NCBI GenBank assembly: GCA_965219995.1
Contig: CBDCOX010000002.1
Span: 2,784,001-2,848,000 of the forward strand
Reading direction: 5' to 3'
Source of the DNA: Candidatus Latescibacterota bacterium
Lineage (GTDB): Bacteria > Latescibacterota > UBA2968 > GCA-2709665
Length of the DNA: 64,000 nt
Position 1 is the stretch's first letter; the number at the start of each line of letters is the position of its first letter. Made by a program: the position numbers and the translations under genes. This document shows positions 27,301 through 36,459 of the stretch, piece by piece. A model generated the notes under the pieces. It saw only the letters and a list, made by a program, of their open reading frames with translations, ran no database searches and had not been told where the DNA came from.

Positions 27301-28470
27301 TCAATACGGGCTTGACTTCGATGACTGGACGTGATCGGGCATCCTGTAGCTCATTCCGCCCAGGCCGGCCTCATCGTACACCGAAATCTCGAGCATCTGG
27401 GTGAAATTTTCCGATCGGATCGATTGCTTGCTTTTCAGCAGATGCTGAAAGCGCTGCTTCAGCCGATATGCCAGAAGTACGCCGAATGTATTGGTTTTTG
27501 GAAACCGCAACTGGTCCGCCAGCTTGTTTCCGATCAGGGACCTTGAAAGGCGGTAGGCCAGGGCCTTCACGTCTCGCTGTTCGTCGGGGTCCTCGATACC
27601 CGCCGTCAGCGGAATGGCCTCGACCAGGGCGTTCGCCATCGTTGCCGAATCGTGATCCGGTTCCGGCTCGCACATCAGCGCGATTTTGAATATCTCCCTT
27701 GCGTGCGCTTCATCGGTAAAGAGGATGGACTCGGGCACACCCATCACGTGACCGGCGTACCGCCAGATCCGAATGATGCTGTCTCTTTCCTCCCGGTTGA
27801 ATACAGCCCCCACGGAAGTCGAGTGTTGCAGCAGTCGCATGGAGAAGACGGTCATCGCGAAACCCAGGTGCGCCGCGCTTAACGGCATGCCCCACGCTCC
27901 GGTATTCCACTCATCGGAATGCGCCAGCAGGTGCCTCACCCGTGCGTGGACGAACCGAAGTCGCATGGACAACTTCCATCCGTCGCCGTCTCTCCGCAAG
28001 CCCCCCGGGAAGAACAGTTCCAGGAGATGGCGGTTATTCTGCATCAGGCGCCTTCGTGCGGTCGAACGGTTCAACACGCGCCCGGTCGTCGCGAAAGACT
28101 TCGCGATCATGGTCGCAAAACCCTCGATCAGTGTGCCCGTAACGAATCCGACAAGCATATTTGTGGTATTCAGATGAAAGGCGCGCATGCCGGATCGGAA
28201 GGACTCGTAGTCGAACCAGGGAGGATCTTCCAGATTATCGAAGAAGTCGCGCATCGACTGAGGGGCATCGCGAAAGGCGTCGTCGTCCTGGTCGATGCCC
28301 GCCTTGATGAACCGGTGCAGTTCCTGCGGAGGCGCGGACGCGACGTCATCCATTACCGGATCGAGCGCCGGGTCGCCGACGGTGGTGTGTCGGATATAGT
28401 TGTCCGCAAGCGCCTGATCGTATTGGCGTGCTTTCGGGTAGCCGTCTATATATGAGGAAGGTACCGTTAA
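27301..28470 (-). CDS. MpaB/Lcp-like (DUF2236) oxygenase; probable non-canonical start upstream of the first ATG (28353)
   Basis: RLRFVHARVR, WGMPLS and WRYAGHVMGVPE motifs; frame stays open 5' of 28353 (LTVPSSYIDGY...HTTVGDP); AAGGAGA at 28487-28481. Confidence 0.75.
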   Translation of the reverse strand, partial: LTVPSSYIDGYPKARQYDQALADNYIRHTTVGDPALDPVMDDVASAPPQELHRFIKAGIDQDDDAFRDAPQSMRDFFDNLEDPPWFDYESFRSGMRAFHLNTTNMLVGFVTGTLIEGFATMIAKSFATTGRVLNRSTARRRLMQNNRHLLELFFPGGLRRDGDGWKLSMRLRFVHARVRHLLAHSDEWNTGAWGMPLSAAHLGFAMTVFSMRLLQHSTSVGAVFNREERDSIIRIWRYAGHVMGVPESILFTDEAHAREIFKIALMCEPEPDHDSATMANALVEAIPLTAGIEDPDEQRDVKALAYRLSRSLIGNKLADQLRFPKTNTFGVLLAYRLKQRFQHLLKSKQSIRSENFTQMLEISVYDEAGLGGMSYRMPDHVQSSKSSPY

Positions 28471-28569
28471 GATGCCGATATCTCCTTACGATGTCCTCAA
28501 GGTGTACCTGAACCAGCTGGCAGAATTGCCCTTTTTATCCTCAAGCCGCCGACCCGCTGGTTCAACCAC

Positions 28570-28746
28570 GTGTCCTGTCCCAAAAACACCTCACCGTTCT
28601 TCCGCAGATTCATCCCGTCTCGTTGCGTTGCTTGTGCTGAGCTTGTCGAAGTACCATCGCTTGCCGACCGTGCCGGGTCGGTGGCGCCTCGCGAGACGGG
28701 CGACTCTGCGTCCGAATTCAGACTACTTATTTCTGGGAAAGAACAC
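28570..28746 (+). mobile_element. MITE-like element, copy 1
   Basis: Imperfect terminal inverted repeats GTGTCCTGTCCCAAAAA / ATTTCTGGGAAAGAACAC; inverted homolog at 30305-30466; no transposase. Confidence 0.75.
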
Positions 28747-29006
28747 CAGCAATCACTTAATCTAATACTAAAACACTAAAATATAGCGGCCGATTGCTGC
28801 AAAGTCAACAGCATTCATACGATCAATTCGCCTGGTTTCGGCCATGTACCGTACCCTGGTCCGATGGCGTCGCAGGCAGACGGGATCGCACTGACGTCGT
28901 TTGTCAATCGCTATTCCGGTACACGGAAAACCGGGTCTAAGTCGAAAGAGAACCCCCGGTTACAAGGCGTGTATTTTCTATATTTAGTCTAATCCAAAAT
29001 TAAATC

Positions 29007-29035
29007 TTGACATAGACTGATATGTGCGTTATTTT
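29007..29035 (+). promoter_or_regulatory. Sigma70 promoter of the AAA ATPase gene (probably a leaderless mRNA)
   Basis: TTGACA-N17-TATTTT ending 5 nt before ATG 29041; no SD sequence. Confidence 0.65.
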
Positions 29036-29040
29036 TCGGT

Positions 29041-30228
29041 ATGATCACACGCGATCTGACGCCGAGACTTGAGACGTCCGCACGCACATTCCCCTCCATT
29101 ACCCTTACCGGCCCACGGCAAAGTGGAAAAACGACGCTTTGCAGGACCATATTTCCCGATCACCGATACACATCCCTCGAGTCTCCGGACGTTCGTGCAT
29201 TCGCGGTGGAAGATCCGCGAGGATTTCTGGACCAGTTTCCGGACGGCGCCATCATAGACGAGGTGCAGCGCGCACCCGCCCTGCTTTCCTACCTGCAGGG
29301 GATGATCGACGATGATCCGGCGCCAGGACGCTGGGTCCTGACGGGATCGCAGAACCTCTCCCTTCTCGAGTCAGTCAGCCAGTCATTGTCCGGAAGGACC
29401 GCGGTGTACGATCTGTTGCCGCTTACACGGGTGGAAGTCGAGCGGTTTCCCGCGTTTCCCGAGAGTCTTGAAGATGCTCTCTTTGCAGGCTCATACCCCC
29501 GTATATTCGACCGTGGTATGGATCCATCCGAATGGATCCGTTCTTATATCGCCACCTATATCGAACGCGACGTGAGAACCATCATTAACGTGGGAGATCT
29601 CGCGACATTCCAGCGATTTCTCGAATTGTGCGCCGGACGTACGGCTCAGTTGCTCAACCTTTCCGCGCTTGCAGACGACTGCGGGATATCCCAGCCAAGC
29701 GCAAGAGCCTGGCTAAGCATACTTGAAACCAGCTTTATCACCTTCAGGCTGCCGGCGTTCCACGCCAATCTTCGCAAGCGCCTCGTAAAAATGCCCAAAC
29801 TGCACTTCTACGACACGGGGCTTGTCTGCTGGCTGCTCGGTATCCGCACCCCTGAACAGTTAAGGAATCATCCTCTCCGTGGCCCGATTTTCGAGACCTG
29901 GGTCGTCTCGGAGATTGCAAAACACAGAAATAACATGGGCGAAACGGGTGGTATGTCCTTTTACCGGGACCGGAACGGGGCCGAGGCGGACCTCATCATC
30001 CAGCACCCATCCGGCATTGCGCTTGTGGAGTCCAAATCCGCGGAAACGGCGTCGTCGAACCTGTTTGACAGCGTAGGCCGCGTCCAGAAGCACCTCAGCG
30101 CGTTACCCTTGCCGAACTCCCTCTTTATCGCGTACGGTGGCAGACAGCACCAGCGCCGGGCGCGAGGCAGCCTGATTCCGTGGCGCAACATCCACGAAGC
30201 GGCGTTCCTGGACGACCGTTCAGGTTAA
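29041..30228 (+). CDS. AAA+ ATPase with C-terminal DUF4143 domain
   Basis: GPRQSGKTT, IIDEVQ, LTGSQN, ESLSGR-like QSLSGR, KMPKLHFYDTGL, FETWV and EADL..VESK motifs. Confidence 0.92.
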   Translation: MITRDLTPRLETSARTFPSITLTGPRQSGKTTLCRTIFPDHRYTSLESPDVRAFAVEDPRGFLDQFPDGAIIDEVQRAPALLSYLQGMIDDDPAPGRWVLTGSQNLSLLESVSQSLSGRTAVYDLLPLTRVEVERFPAFPESLEDALFAGSYPRIFDRGMDPSEWIRSYIATYIERDVRTIINVGDLATFQRFLELCAGRTAQLLNLSALADDCGISQPSARAWLSILETSFITFRLPAFHANLRKRLVKMPKLHFYDTGLVCWLLGIRTPEQLRNHPLRGPIFETWVVSEIAKHRNNMGETGGMSFYRDRNGAEADLIIQHPSGIALVESKSAETASSNLFDSVGRVQKHLSALPLPNSLFIAYGGRQHQRRARGSLIPWRNIHEAAFLDDRSG

Positions 30229-30304
30229 ATCATCCGAAAAACGGTTGTATTGATTGTATTTGATGACGAGCAACGACACTCAGATGGACCGGGGTGCGCG
30301 TCTA

Positions 30305-30466
30305 TTGTTCTGTCCCGGAAATAAGTTGCCTAAATTCGGCCGTCGAGTCGCCCGACTCGCAAGGCGCCAGAGCGCAGGCGACCTGGCCAGGTCGGCGAGC
30401 GAAGGCAACGCTGCGAGACGGGATGAATCGGCGGAAGAATGGTGAGGTATTTTTGGGACAGGACAC
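30305..30466 (-). mobile_element. MITE-like element, copy 2 (inverted relative to copy 1)
   Basis: Reverse complement reads GTGTCCTGTCCCAAAAATACCTCACCATTCTTCCGCCGATTCATCCCGTCTCG...ACTTATTTCCGGGACAGAACA, colinear with 28570-28746. Confidence 0.75.
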
Positions 30467-31541
30467 TGATCCAATCATTGAGATCGCCTCCCGAAAATTC
30501 GATCTCGGCGCCTGCCGTCGTACGTCCCGCCTGACCGGCGGCGTCCTCAACGAGGTGTACCTTGCAGAGACGTCGCGCGGCGATTTCGTGATAAGGGTGA
30601 ATCGCGTCAGACGGTCCATGGACGAGATCGAGCGGCTCTCGGACTTCCTCTTACACCTCGACCGGAGCGGAATTCCAGTGGACGGGTTTGTTCGGACGGC
30701 CGGCGGACAGGTCGCCGTGGCCTTCGATGACGAACTTCTGTCTGTGCATCGATGTCTCCCGGGAACGGTTTACCCTTCTCCGGCGGATCTGACGGACAGC
30801 CAGGCGGCGAACATGATGAGGTTCCTCGCGGACTACCACTCCGCGGCGGGTCGATACCGCACAAATGGGGGGCTCGCGATCCGGAATGAATCGGTGCCGG
30901 TCATCTACACCGACGATCCGGCCCTCCTGAAAGGACGTTTCGAAAGCCTCCCGCAACCCACCCCGGTCGTAGAATCCGCCGTCAATGGCGCAATCGAACG
31001 GCTGGCTGGGTTCTTTTCCTCCGGACGATACCAGGAACTCCCACGGACCTGGATCCACGGCGATTACAGGTCCTGCAACGTGGCGTTCAATAGAGACCGG
31101 TTGTGCGGGCTGTTCGACTGGGACCTGCTATGCGACGGACCCCGGTTGTGGGACGTTGTGGTTGCGTCCAGCAACCTGGCCAGGATGGCTGGAGGGTCTC
31201 CTTCCCGCCAACCGGAAGCGTGGCGTCCCGGATTCGTTCGTCATCTCGCAGCCTACCGGAAGGAAGCACAGCGGCACGGGGCGGACATTACTGAGGCCGA
31301 TATCAGGTCCATTCCACACCTTCTGGCCGCTGATGCGCTTCTTAACGGCGTATATTTCGCGTTGTACCTGAGGAAACTGCCCCTGAAGCCCGGCGAGACC
31401 GGCCACCAGCGCCGTCAGCGGTCGGAAAGGCTGTTGTCGGAGTCCATCGACGACCTCGAAACGATCGACAGTCTGATCGGCGACGGGACGCATGCGTTCA
31501 CTTTAGCCTGTCTGGACGCGGCTGAATATGGCGAAACGTGA
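30423..31541 (+). CDS. APH/homoserine kinase type II-like phosphotransferase
   Basis: GGVLNEVY, VIRV, WIHGDYRSCN and LFDWD motifs; start lies inside MITE copy 2. Confidence 0.8.
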   Translation: MNRRKNGEVFLGQDTDPIIEIASRKFDLGACRRTSRLTGGVLNEVYLAETSRGDFVIRVNRVRRSMDEIERLSDFLLHLDRSGIPVDGFVRTAGGQVAVAFDDELLSVHRCLPGTVYPSPADLTDSQAANMMRFLADYHSAAGRYRTNGGLAIRNESVPVIYTDDPALLKGRFESLPQPTPVVESAVNGAIERLAGFFSSGRYQELPRTWIHGDYRSCNVAFNRDRLCGLFDWDLLCDGPRLWDVVVASSNLARMAGGSPSRQPEAWRPGFVRHLAAYRKEAQRHGADITEADIRSIPHLLAADALLNGVYFALYLRKLPLKPGETGHQRRQRSERLLSESIDDLETIDSLIGDGTHAFTLACLDAAEYGET

Positions 31542-31629
31542 TAGGCTATTTCAAAATTGAATTTTAGTTTGGACTGTTTTCCGCGCCAGGCATGACCCAT
31601 TGCACAGAATGTGTACCGGAAAGGTAGAT

Positions 31630-32898
31630 ATGGATCTGGATCGGGTTGTCACGCGACTGGGAATCCAGCAGAGCCGGGAGGTCCTCAAGCCGGTATGGGA
31701 GGTCTCCCAGCGCGCGATGCCGGGCGGTGAGCTGCCTTTTCTTTCACCTGGTTATGTGAGAGAGGCCTGCGGTGGCATCTATCTGCCGGAAGAAATCGTG
31801 CAGGCTGCCGTCGCCGCTGCGGCCCGTGTCGCGGCAAGCCCCGCAATGCGCTCCCTGGCCTGGCACTGCCACTGGTGTCTCTACAACGTGGACGGATATC
31901 CCAGCCGTCAGGCCGATCACTGGCCGAGTCTGGCCGGCCCGCTCGGGGAGCTGTCAGGTTTCTTCTACCTGCTGGTTCTGCTGTCACGCTTTCCTGAGAT
32001 GCGAGCGTTACACCGGGCGCACGAAATTCCCGAGCGGGTCGTGCGCGACAGCATGGATCAGATTTACCTGAGAGGCGTAACGTGCAGCGAAATCTTCGGC
32101 CGGTGGGGCCTGGACGGACACGCGGCCCGCTGGCTGGCCAATTTCCTCCGCGGCGACATCTACGCCCTGGGCCGCCTCGAACACCAGTTCAACGTGATGA
32201 ACGACCCGTTTCGCGTCTATCGCCACCGGGAGTCGTCCATGGTCGTCGCGCTGAGCGAAGACGACGTCTCCTATCGCCCGGACGGCCAGCGGCAACGGGG
32301 CGGAGATCCGCCGGCGGCGTGGACCTCCCGGCTCCTGGTCACAAGAGACAAGATCGCCGGTCACCCCGTCCTCCCCACCGGCTGCGCCATTGAAGAGTTG
32401 GTGACGCTCGACGCGGCCGACTGGGTTCCTGTCCTTCAGCGCGGCGATCCCGTGCTTTATTTTCACATTCCAGGCGGAATCCCGCTGGAGCATGCCGCGT
32501 GTGGAGAATCGTTCAGGGCGGCAATGGACTTCTTTCCCCGGCATTTTCCCGATCGCCCGTACAAAGCATTCTTCTGCGGCTCCTGGTTGCTGGACACGCA
32601 GTTGGAAGACTGGCTGCCGGCGGGGTCAAATCTGGTGCGTTTCCTGCGGGAGTTCTACCTGGTGCCCGGCGGCATTTCCAAACGGTCCATTCTGCAGACG
32701 GTGTTCGGGACCGCGGCCGACGATCTGAGCAGGGCGCCCGTCGACACGTCGCTCCAGCGGGCAATGCTGAAACATGTTTCGCTGGGCAGGCCGATCGATC
32801 CCCGGGCCGGAAAATGCTTTATGTTCCCCGAAGACCTGGACTGGGGTCGACAGGTTTACCGAACGTCGAAGTTTCCACGGCATCTGGTCGGTGAATGA
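31630..32898 (+). CDS. Acyltransferase-domain protein (DUF5596 + GNAT-like C-terminal domain)
   Basis: YALGRLEH, HIPGG.PL, CGSWLLD.QL, SNLVRF and TSLQRA motifs. Confidence 0.8.
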   Translation: MDLDRVVTRLGIQQSREVLKPVWEVSQRAMPGGELPFLSPGYVREACGGIYLPEEIVQAAVAAAARVAASPAMRSLAWHCHWCLYNVDGYPSRQADHWPSLAGPLGELSGFFYLLVLLSRFPEMRALHRAHEIPERVVRDSMDQIYLRGVTCSEIFGRWGLDGHAARWLANFLRGDIYALGRLEHQFNVMNDPFRVYRHRESSMVVALSEDDVSYRPDGQRQRGGDPPAAWTSRLLVTRDKIAGHPVLPTGCAIEELVTLDAADWVPVLQRGDPVLYFHIPGGIPLEHAACGESFRAAMDFFPRHFPDRPYKAFFCGSWLLDTQLEDWLPAGSNLVRFLREFYLVPGGISKRSILQTVFGTAADDLSRAPVDTSLQRAMLKHVSLGRPIDPRAGKCFMFPEDLDWGRQVYRTSKFPRHLVGE

Positions 32899-33006
32899 TT
32901 CGAAATACGCGTCGGATTCGGGGAGAGAACGCAACGCTGTCATTCGGTCACAAGGGCCGGACGCGGCCCGGATGGACTCTATCAACGGGCTGATAAGGAG
33001 GTCGAC

Positions 33007-34137
33007 ATGGAGCGGTTCGGACAGCTCGAACTGGACTACCTGGCGAAAGTAATCGCCAGCGGGACGCTGAACAGCAAGACAGGCAAGTTCACGTCGCAAT
33101 TGGAGGAGCGATTTGCAAAGTGGGTGGGCGCCGAATACGCCGTGGCGATGAACAGCGCGATGAGCGTGCTGCACACCGCTGTGGCGGCCTCGGGCGTTGG
33201 ACCGGGCGTGGAGGTGATATGCGACCCGGTGGTCCACTTCGGGGGCGCGGCGGTGATGTACCACAACGGGGTGCCGGTATTCTGCGATATTTTCGAGGAT
33301 AGCTGGAATATGGATCCCGAATCGCTGGAGGCGTCCATCACGGAACACACGGGCGCCGTCATCTGCACGCCGATGTGGGGCAATCCGCCGGACTACGACG
33401 GGATTCTCCGGGTGGCGGACAGGTACGGCCTGCCCGTGATCGAAGACGTGGCGCATGGGGTCGGGGGTTCGTACCGCGGCAGGCCCCTGGGAACGCTTGG
33501 GGCGATCGGATCGTACAGCTTTCAGGAGGCCAAACACCTCACCAGCGGCGACGGCGGCATGGCGGTGACCGACCGTCCCGAAATGCTGCAGAAGATGCTC
33601 GAGATGAGGATCATCAAGACGTCGCTCGGCTGGAATTATCGCATGACGGAACTACAGGCCGGTGTGATGCTGGCGCAGATGGACCGGGCCGATGACATCA
33701 TCGCGGCGCATCACAGGGCCGGGGCGCTCTACCGCGAGGCCGCGAAGGAATCCCCCTGGCTCGTTCCCCAGCGCGTGGACGAGGGATGCGTCAACGCATA
33801 TCACGCCGTTGCCTTTCGGTTCGAAGGCGACAGCGTGGGAATTCCGGTGGAACGTTTCCAGAAGTCCATGGCCGAGCACGGATGTCCGGTCTCGATCGGG
33901 TACAAGCGACGTTCTGCCGCTGAGGATCCGATTTTCACGGAGGTCCTCGCCTATGGGAAAGGGTGTCCCATCCGGTGCCCCCATTACGGAGGCCAGGCGC
34001 GCTACGGACCAGGCGTGACGCCCGTGGCCGACCGCGCGGTCCCCCGCATGGTGGTGATGCCGATGGATGTGTATACACCGGGGAAGACCGAGGAGTACGC
34101 GGAACGGATCCAGGCGGGGTTGAGCGCGCTTGCGTGA
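33007..34137 (+). CDS. DegT/DnrJ/EryC1/StrS PLP-dependent aminotransferase
   Basis: VIEDVAH, SFQEAKHLTSGDGG (PLP lysine) and GWNYRMTELQA motifs. Confidence 0.93.
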   Translation: MERFGQLELDYLAKVIASGTLNSKTGKFTSQLEERFAKWVGAEYAVAMNSAMSVLHTAVAASGVGPGVEVICDPVVHFGGAAVMYHNGVPVFCDIFEDSWNMDPESLEASITEHTGAVICTPMWGNPPDYDGILRVADRYGLPVIEDVAHGVGGSYRGRPLGTLGAIGSYSFQEAKHLTSGDGGMAVTDRPEMLQKMLEMRIIKTSLGWNYRMTELQAGVMLAQMDRADDIIAAHHRAGALYREAAKESPWLVPQRVDEGCVNAYHAVAFRFEGDSVGIPVERFQKSMAEHGCPVSIGYKRRSAAEDPIFTEVLAYGKGCPIRCPHYGGQARYGPGVTPVADRAVPRMVVMPMDVYTPGKTEEYAERIQAGLSALA

Positions 34138-34219
34138 TCGATGGGCGAGGGTTTCCAGTTCTGGATCGGTTCCATTACTTGGGGGGAACCGGCAGCCACG
34201 ACGGATCGCGCTCCGAGAT

Positions 34220-35137
34220 CTACTGATAAATCCTTTCCAGGTTGAAATTTCCAATGTCCTCCGACTCGACTGCACGGATGATCTGTTCCCGGGTCGAACC
34301 GACAAATGTAAACGGACGGGATAATCGTACGAGGAGTGCGAACCGGTACATCTCCATGTCTATCTCACCATATCCCTCCAGTATATGATCTCGCGTCCAT
34401 GACAGCCCGAAGCGCATGCCCCAGCACTCCCAGTTTGTGAAGTCCCACATTGGCCAGCCTACACCGATTTCCTCCACGTCGACAAACCCGGCGACTTTCG
34501 GCTTCGAACGATCAAAGACGATGATATTGCTGAAGTGGGTATCCGTAAAACACAGCGTCCTGATCAATTCTCCGGGAATGGACGCAGCGTATTTCTCAAA
34601 CAATCGCCGGTATTTTCTTTCGAAATCCTTATCGATCAACTCCGCCTCACGAAGCTGCCCGACGAAATCCTCCATGCGCTGATACGCGCCGGCTCTGGTG
34701 TGCTTGAAAATATACTCCGGGATCGGCGCGGCCACGTTTACGTCGTGCAAGCGGCGCAGCGCCCGGCCCAGCTCCCGACAGAGCGCGTGGCTCTTCTCTC
34801 CCGGTCCTTCTCTTCCGATGATCTCGGATGATGGCACCGCCTCGATCCAGGATATCAGCAGACAGCCGTTCGGAAAATCCGAATCGGGTTCAATCGTTGC
34901 CTCTACGTGCGGACACGGCACGCCCCCCTTGCGCATCTGCTCGTACGCCCATTTCTGCCGAAGAAGCGGGATTGGACTGTTCTCGATTCGAAGTAGATGC
35001 CGTCGCCCTGACTTGCACGTCACCAACAGGTCATCTCGTTCGTCTTTTACAGGCGCAACGGAGACAACAGGAGATTTGTCGATGGACTCGATCAGGTCCC
35101 GCAGTTTGGAATTGAGACCGCTTTGGGGGGATGTCAT
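34220..35137 (-). CDS. Aminoglycoside phosphotransferase-like kinase
   Basis: GVPCP, LGRALRRLH, CFTDTHFSNI and GFVDVE motifs. Confidence 0.75.
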   Translation of the reverse strand: MTSPQSGLNSKLRDLIESIDKSPVVSVAPVKDERDDLLVTCKSGRRHLLRIENSPIPLLRQKWAYEQMRKGGVPCPHVEATIEPDSDFPNGCLLISWIEAVPSSEIIGREGPGEKSHALCRELGRALRRLHDVNVAAPIPEYIFKHTRAGAYQRMEDFVGQLREAELIDKDFERKYRRLFEKYAASIPGELIRTLCFTDTHFSNIIVFDRSKPKVAGFVDVEEIGVGWPMWDFTNWECWGMRFGLSWTRDHILEGYGEIDMEMYRFALLVRLSRPFTFVGSTREQIIRAVESEDIGNFNLERIYQ

Positions 35138-35365
35138 TGCGGGTCTTTGCGAAGTGATTCGGTGCCCGGCGAGTTCACAAGGGATGTGGTTCGGCGAATA
35201 CCGCCGTTTCCGTCTCGAGTGGATCGGCGTTCAAAACGGACGACAAGAGAACATACGTCTCCGGGCAGGCCAATCGATCCCGACACCGGGAAATGACTGA
35301 TGTTTCAGCACGCTCCAGCAACGGATCGGCGGACCATTGAAAGTCGAGATGCCGCACCGTTGTGT

Positions 35366-36226
35366 TCAATGACCGTGCACTTCTTCCATTCCGTGAACGG
35401 CGCTGGATTCAACGAAATAGAGGGCGTAGGCCAGACCGATTCCCACAAGAAGCGCTGCAATGAGTTTGCCGCGGTCGTGGCTGTGGAAATGGATCTCGGG
35501 CAGCAGATCGCTCAAAGCAATGCACAGGAACGCGCCGGCGGCAAATGCAAGCACATAGCCGACGACCGAGCCATCGTCCGGGCCGAGAAGTCCCACGCCC
35601 CAGAAACTGGCAAGAGCGACAATCGGACACAGTGAAGCAAACGCGACGTTCGCCGCCGCGCGCGCGCGCGCGCCGTGGCCCGCGAACTTCATCATGCCGA
35701 TGATGGAATACGCATCCAGCGGCTTGTGAAGCACGATGGCGAGGAAAACACCGAGCGCGGGCAGCGCCCCTCCGTCTTCATGCGGCGAACTCACCCGCAT
35801 GCTGGTGCCCAGGGCGACGCCTTCTGTTACGGTATGTACCCCGAGGCCCATGGCGACCCCGAACATGCTTCGCGTCTGCGCGCCTGAATGTCCGTGGTCG
35901 TGATGGTCGTACAGTTCGCCCGCCTCGGTACTGAAGTCGTGCTGATGGAAATGGAAGATGCGCAGCAGGAATATCATCAGGATCATGCCGAAGACCACCC
36001 ACGCCACGGCTCTTTCAACATTTCCGGGTCCGCTGATCCGTTCCAGACTGTGAGGGAAGAGATGGTACATGGCGATTCCCAGGATAAAACCCGCCACGAG
36101 GCTCATCAGGACCTGTATCCGCGTATGGGTCATGGATCCCAGAACGGCCAGTCTCCCGCCGATGAAGGAAACGGCAAAGATACCGAGTGAATATCCGAAA
36201 ATGATCAATAACCCGTCGTAATCCAC
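35366..36226 (-). CDS. ZIP family divalent metal transporter
   Basis: His-rich loop HFHQH..DHHDHGH; HTVTEGVALG, LHKPLD and SDLLPEIH motifs. Confidence 0.92.
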   Translation of the reverse strand: MDYDGLLIIFGYSLGIFAVSFIGGRLAVLGSMTHTRIQVLMSLVAGFILGIAMYHLFPHSLERISGPGNVERAVAWVVFGMILMIFLLRIFHFHQHDFSTEAGELYDHHDHGHSGAQTRSMFGVAMGLGVHTVTEGVALGTSMRVSSPHEDGGALPALGVFLAIVLHKPLDAYSIIGMMKFAGHGARARAAANVAFASLCPIVALASFWGVGLLGPDDGSVVGYVLAFAAGAFLCIALSDLLPEIHFHSHDRGKLIAALLVGIGLAYALYFVESSAVHGMEEVHGH

Positions 36227-36459
36227 AATAACCTCACCTCAATTTTCCCGGGGAAGCCGCACTGTCCTCTCCGGCACGTGTGCCCGCGCACGTGCCCTGG
36301 CGGCGACTCAATTTGGCCGGATGCCAGACCGGAAACTCCCTCAAGTAACCCCGTGGTCGCACAAACCGTTTCTTCAATAGGAATTGTTCGGGGGCAACCC
36401 ATGATTTCCGCCCCGGATTGCCCCCGAAGAATCCATGTCCCGCGACGACCGAAAGGATT

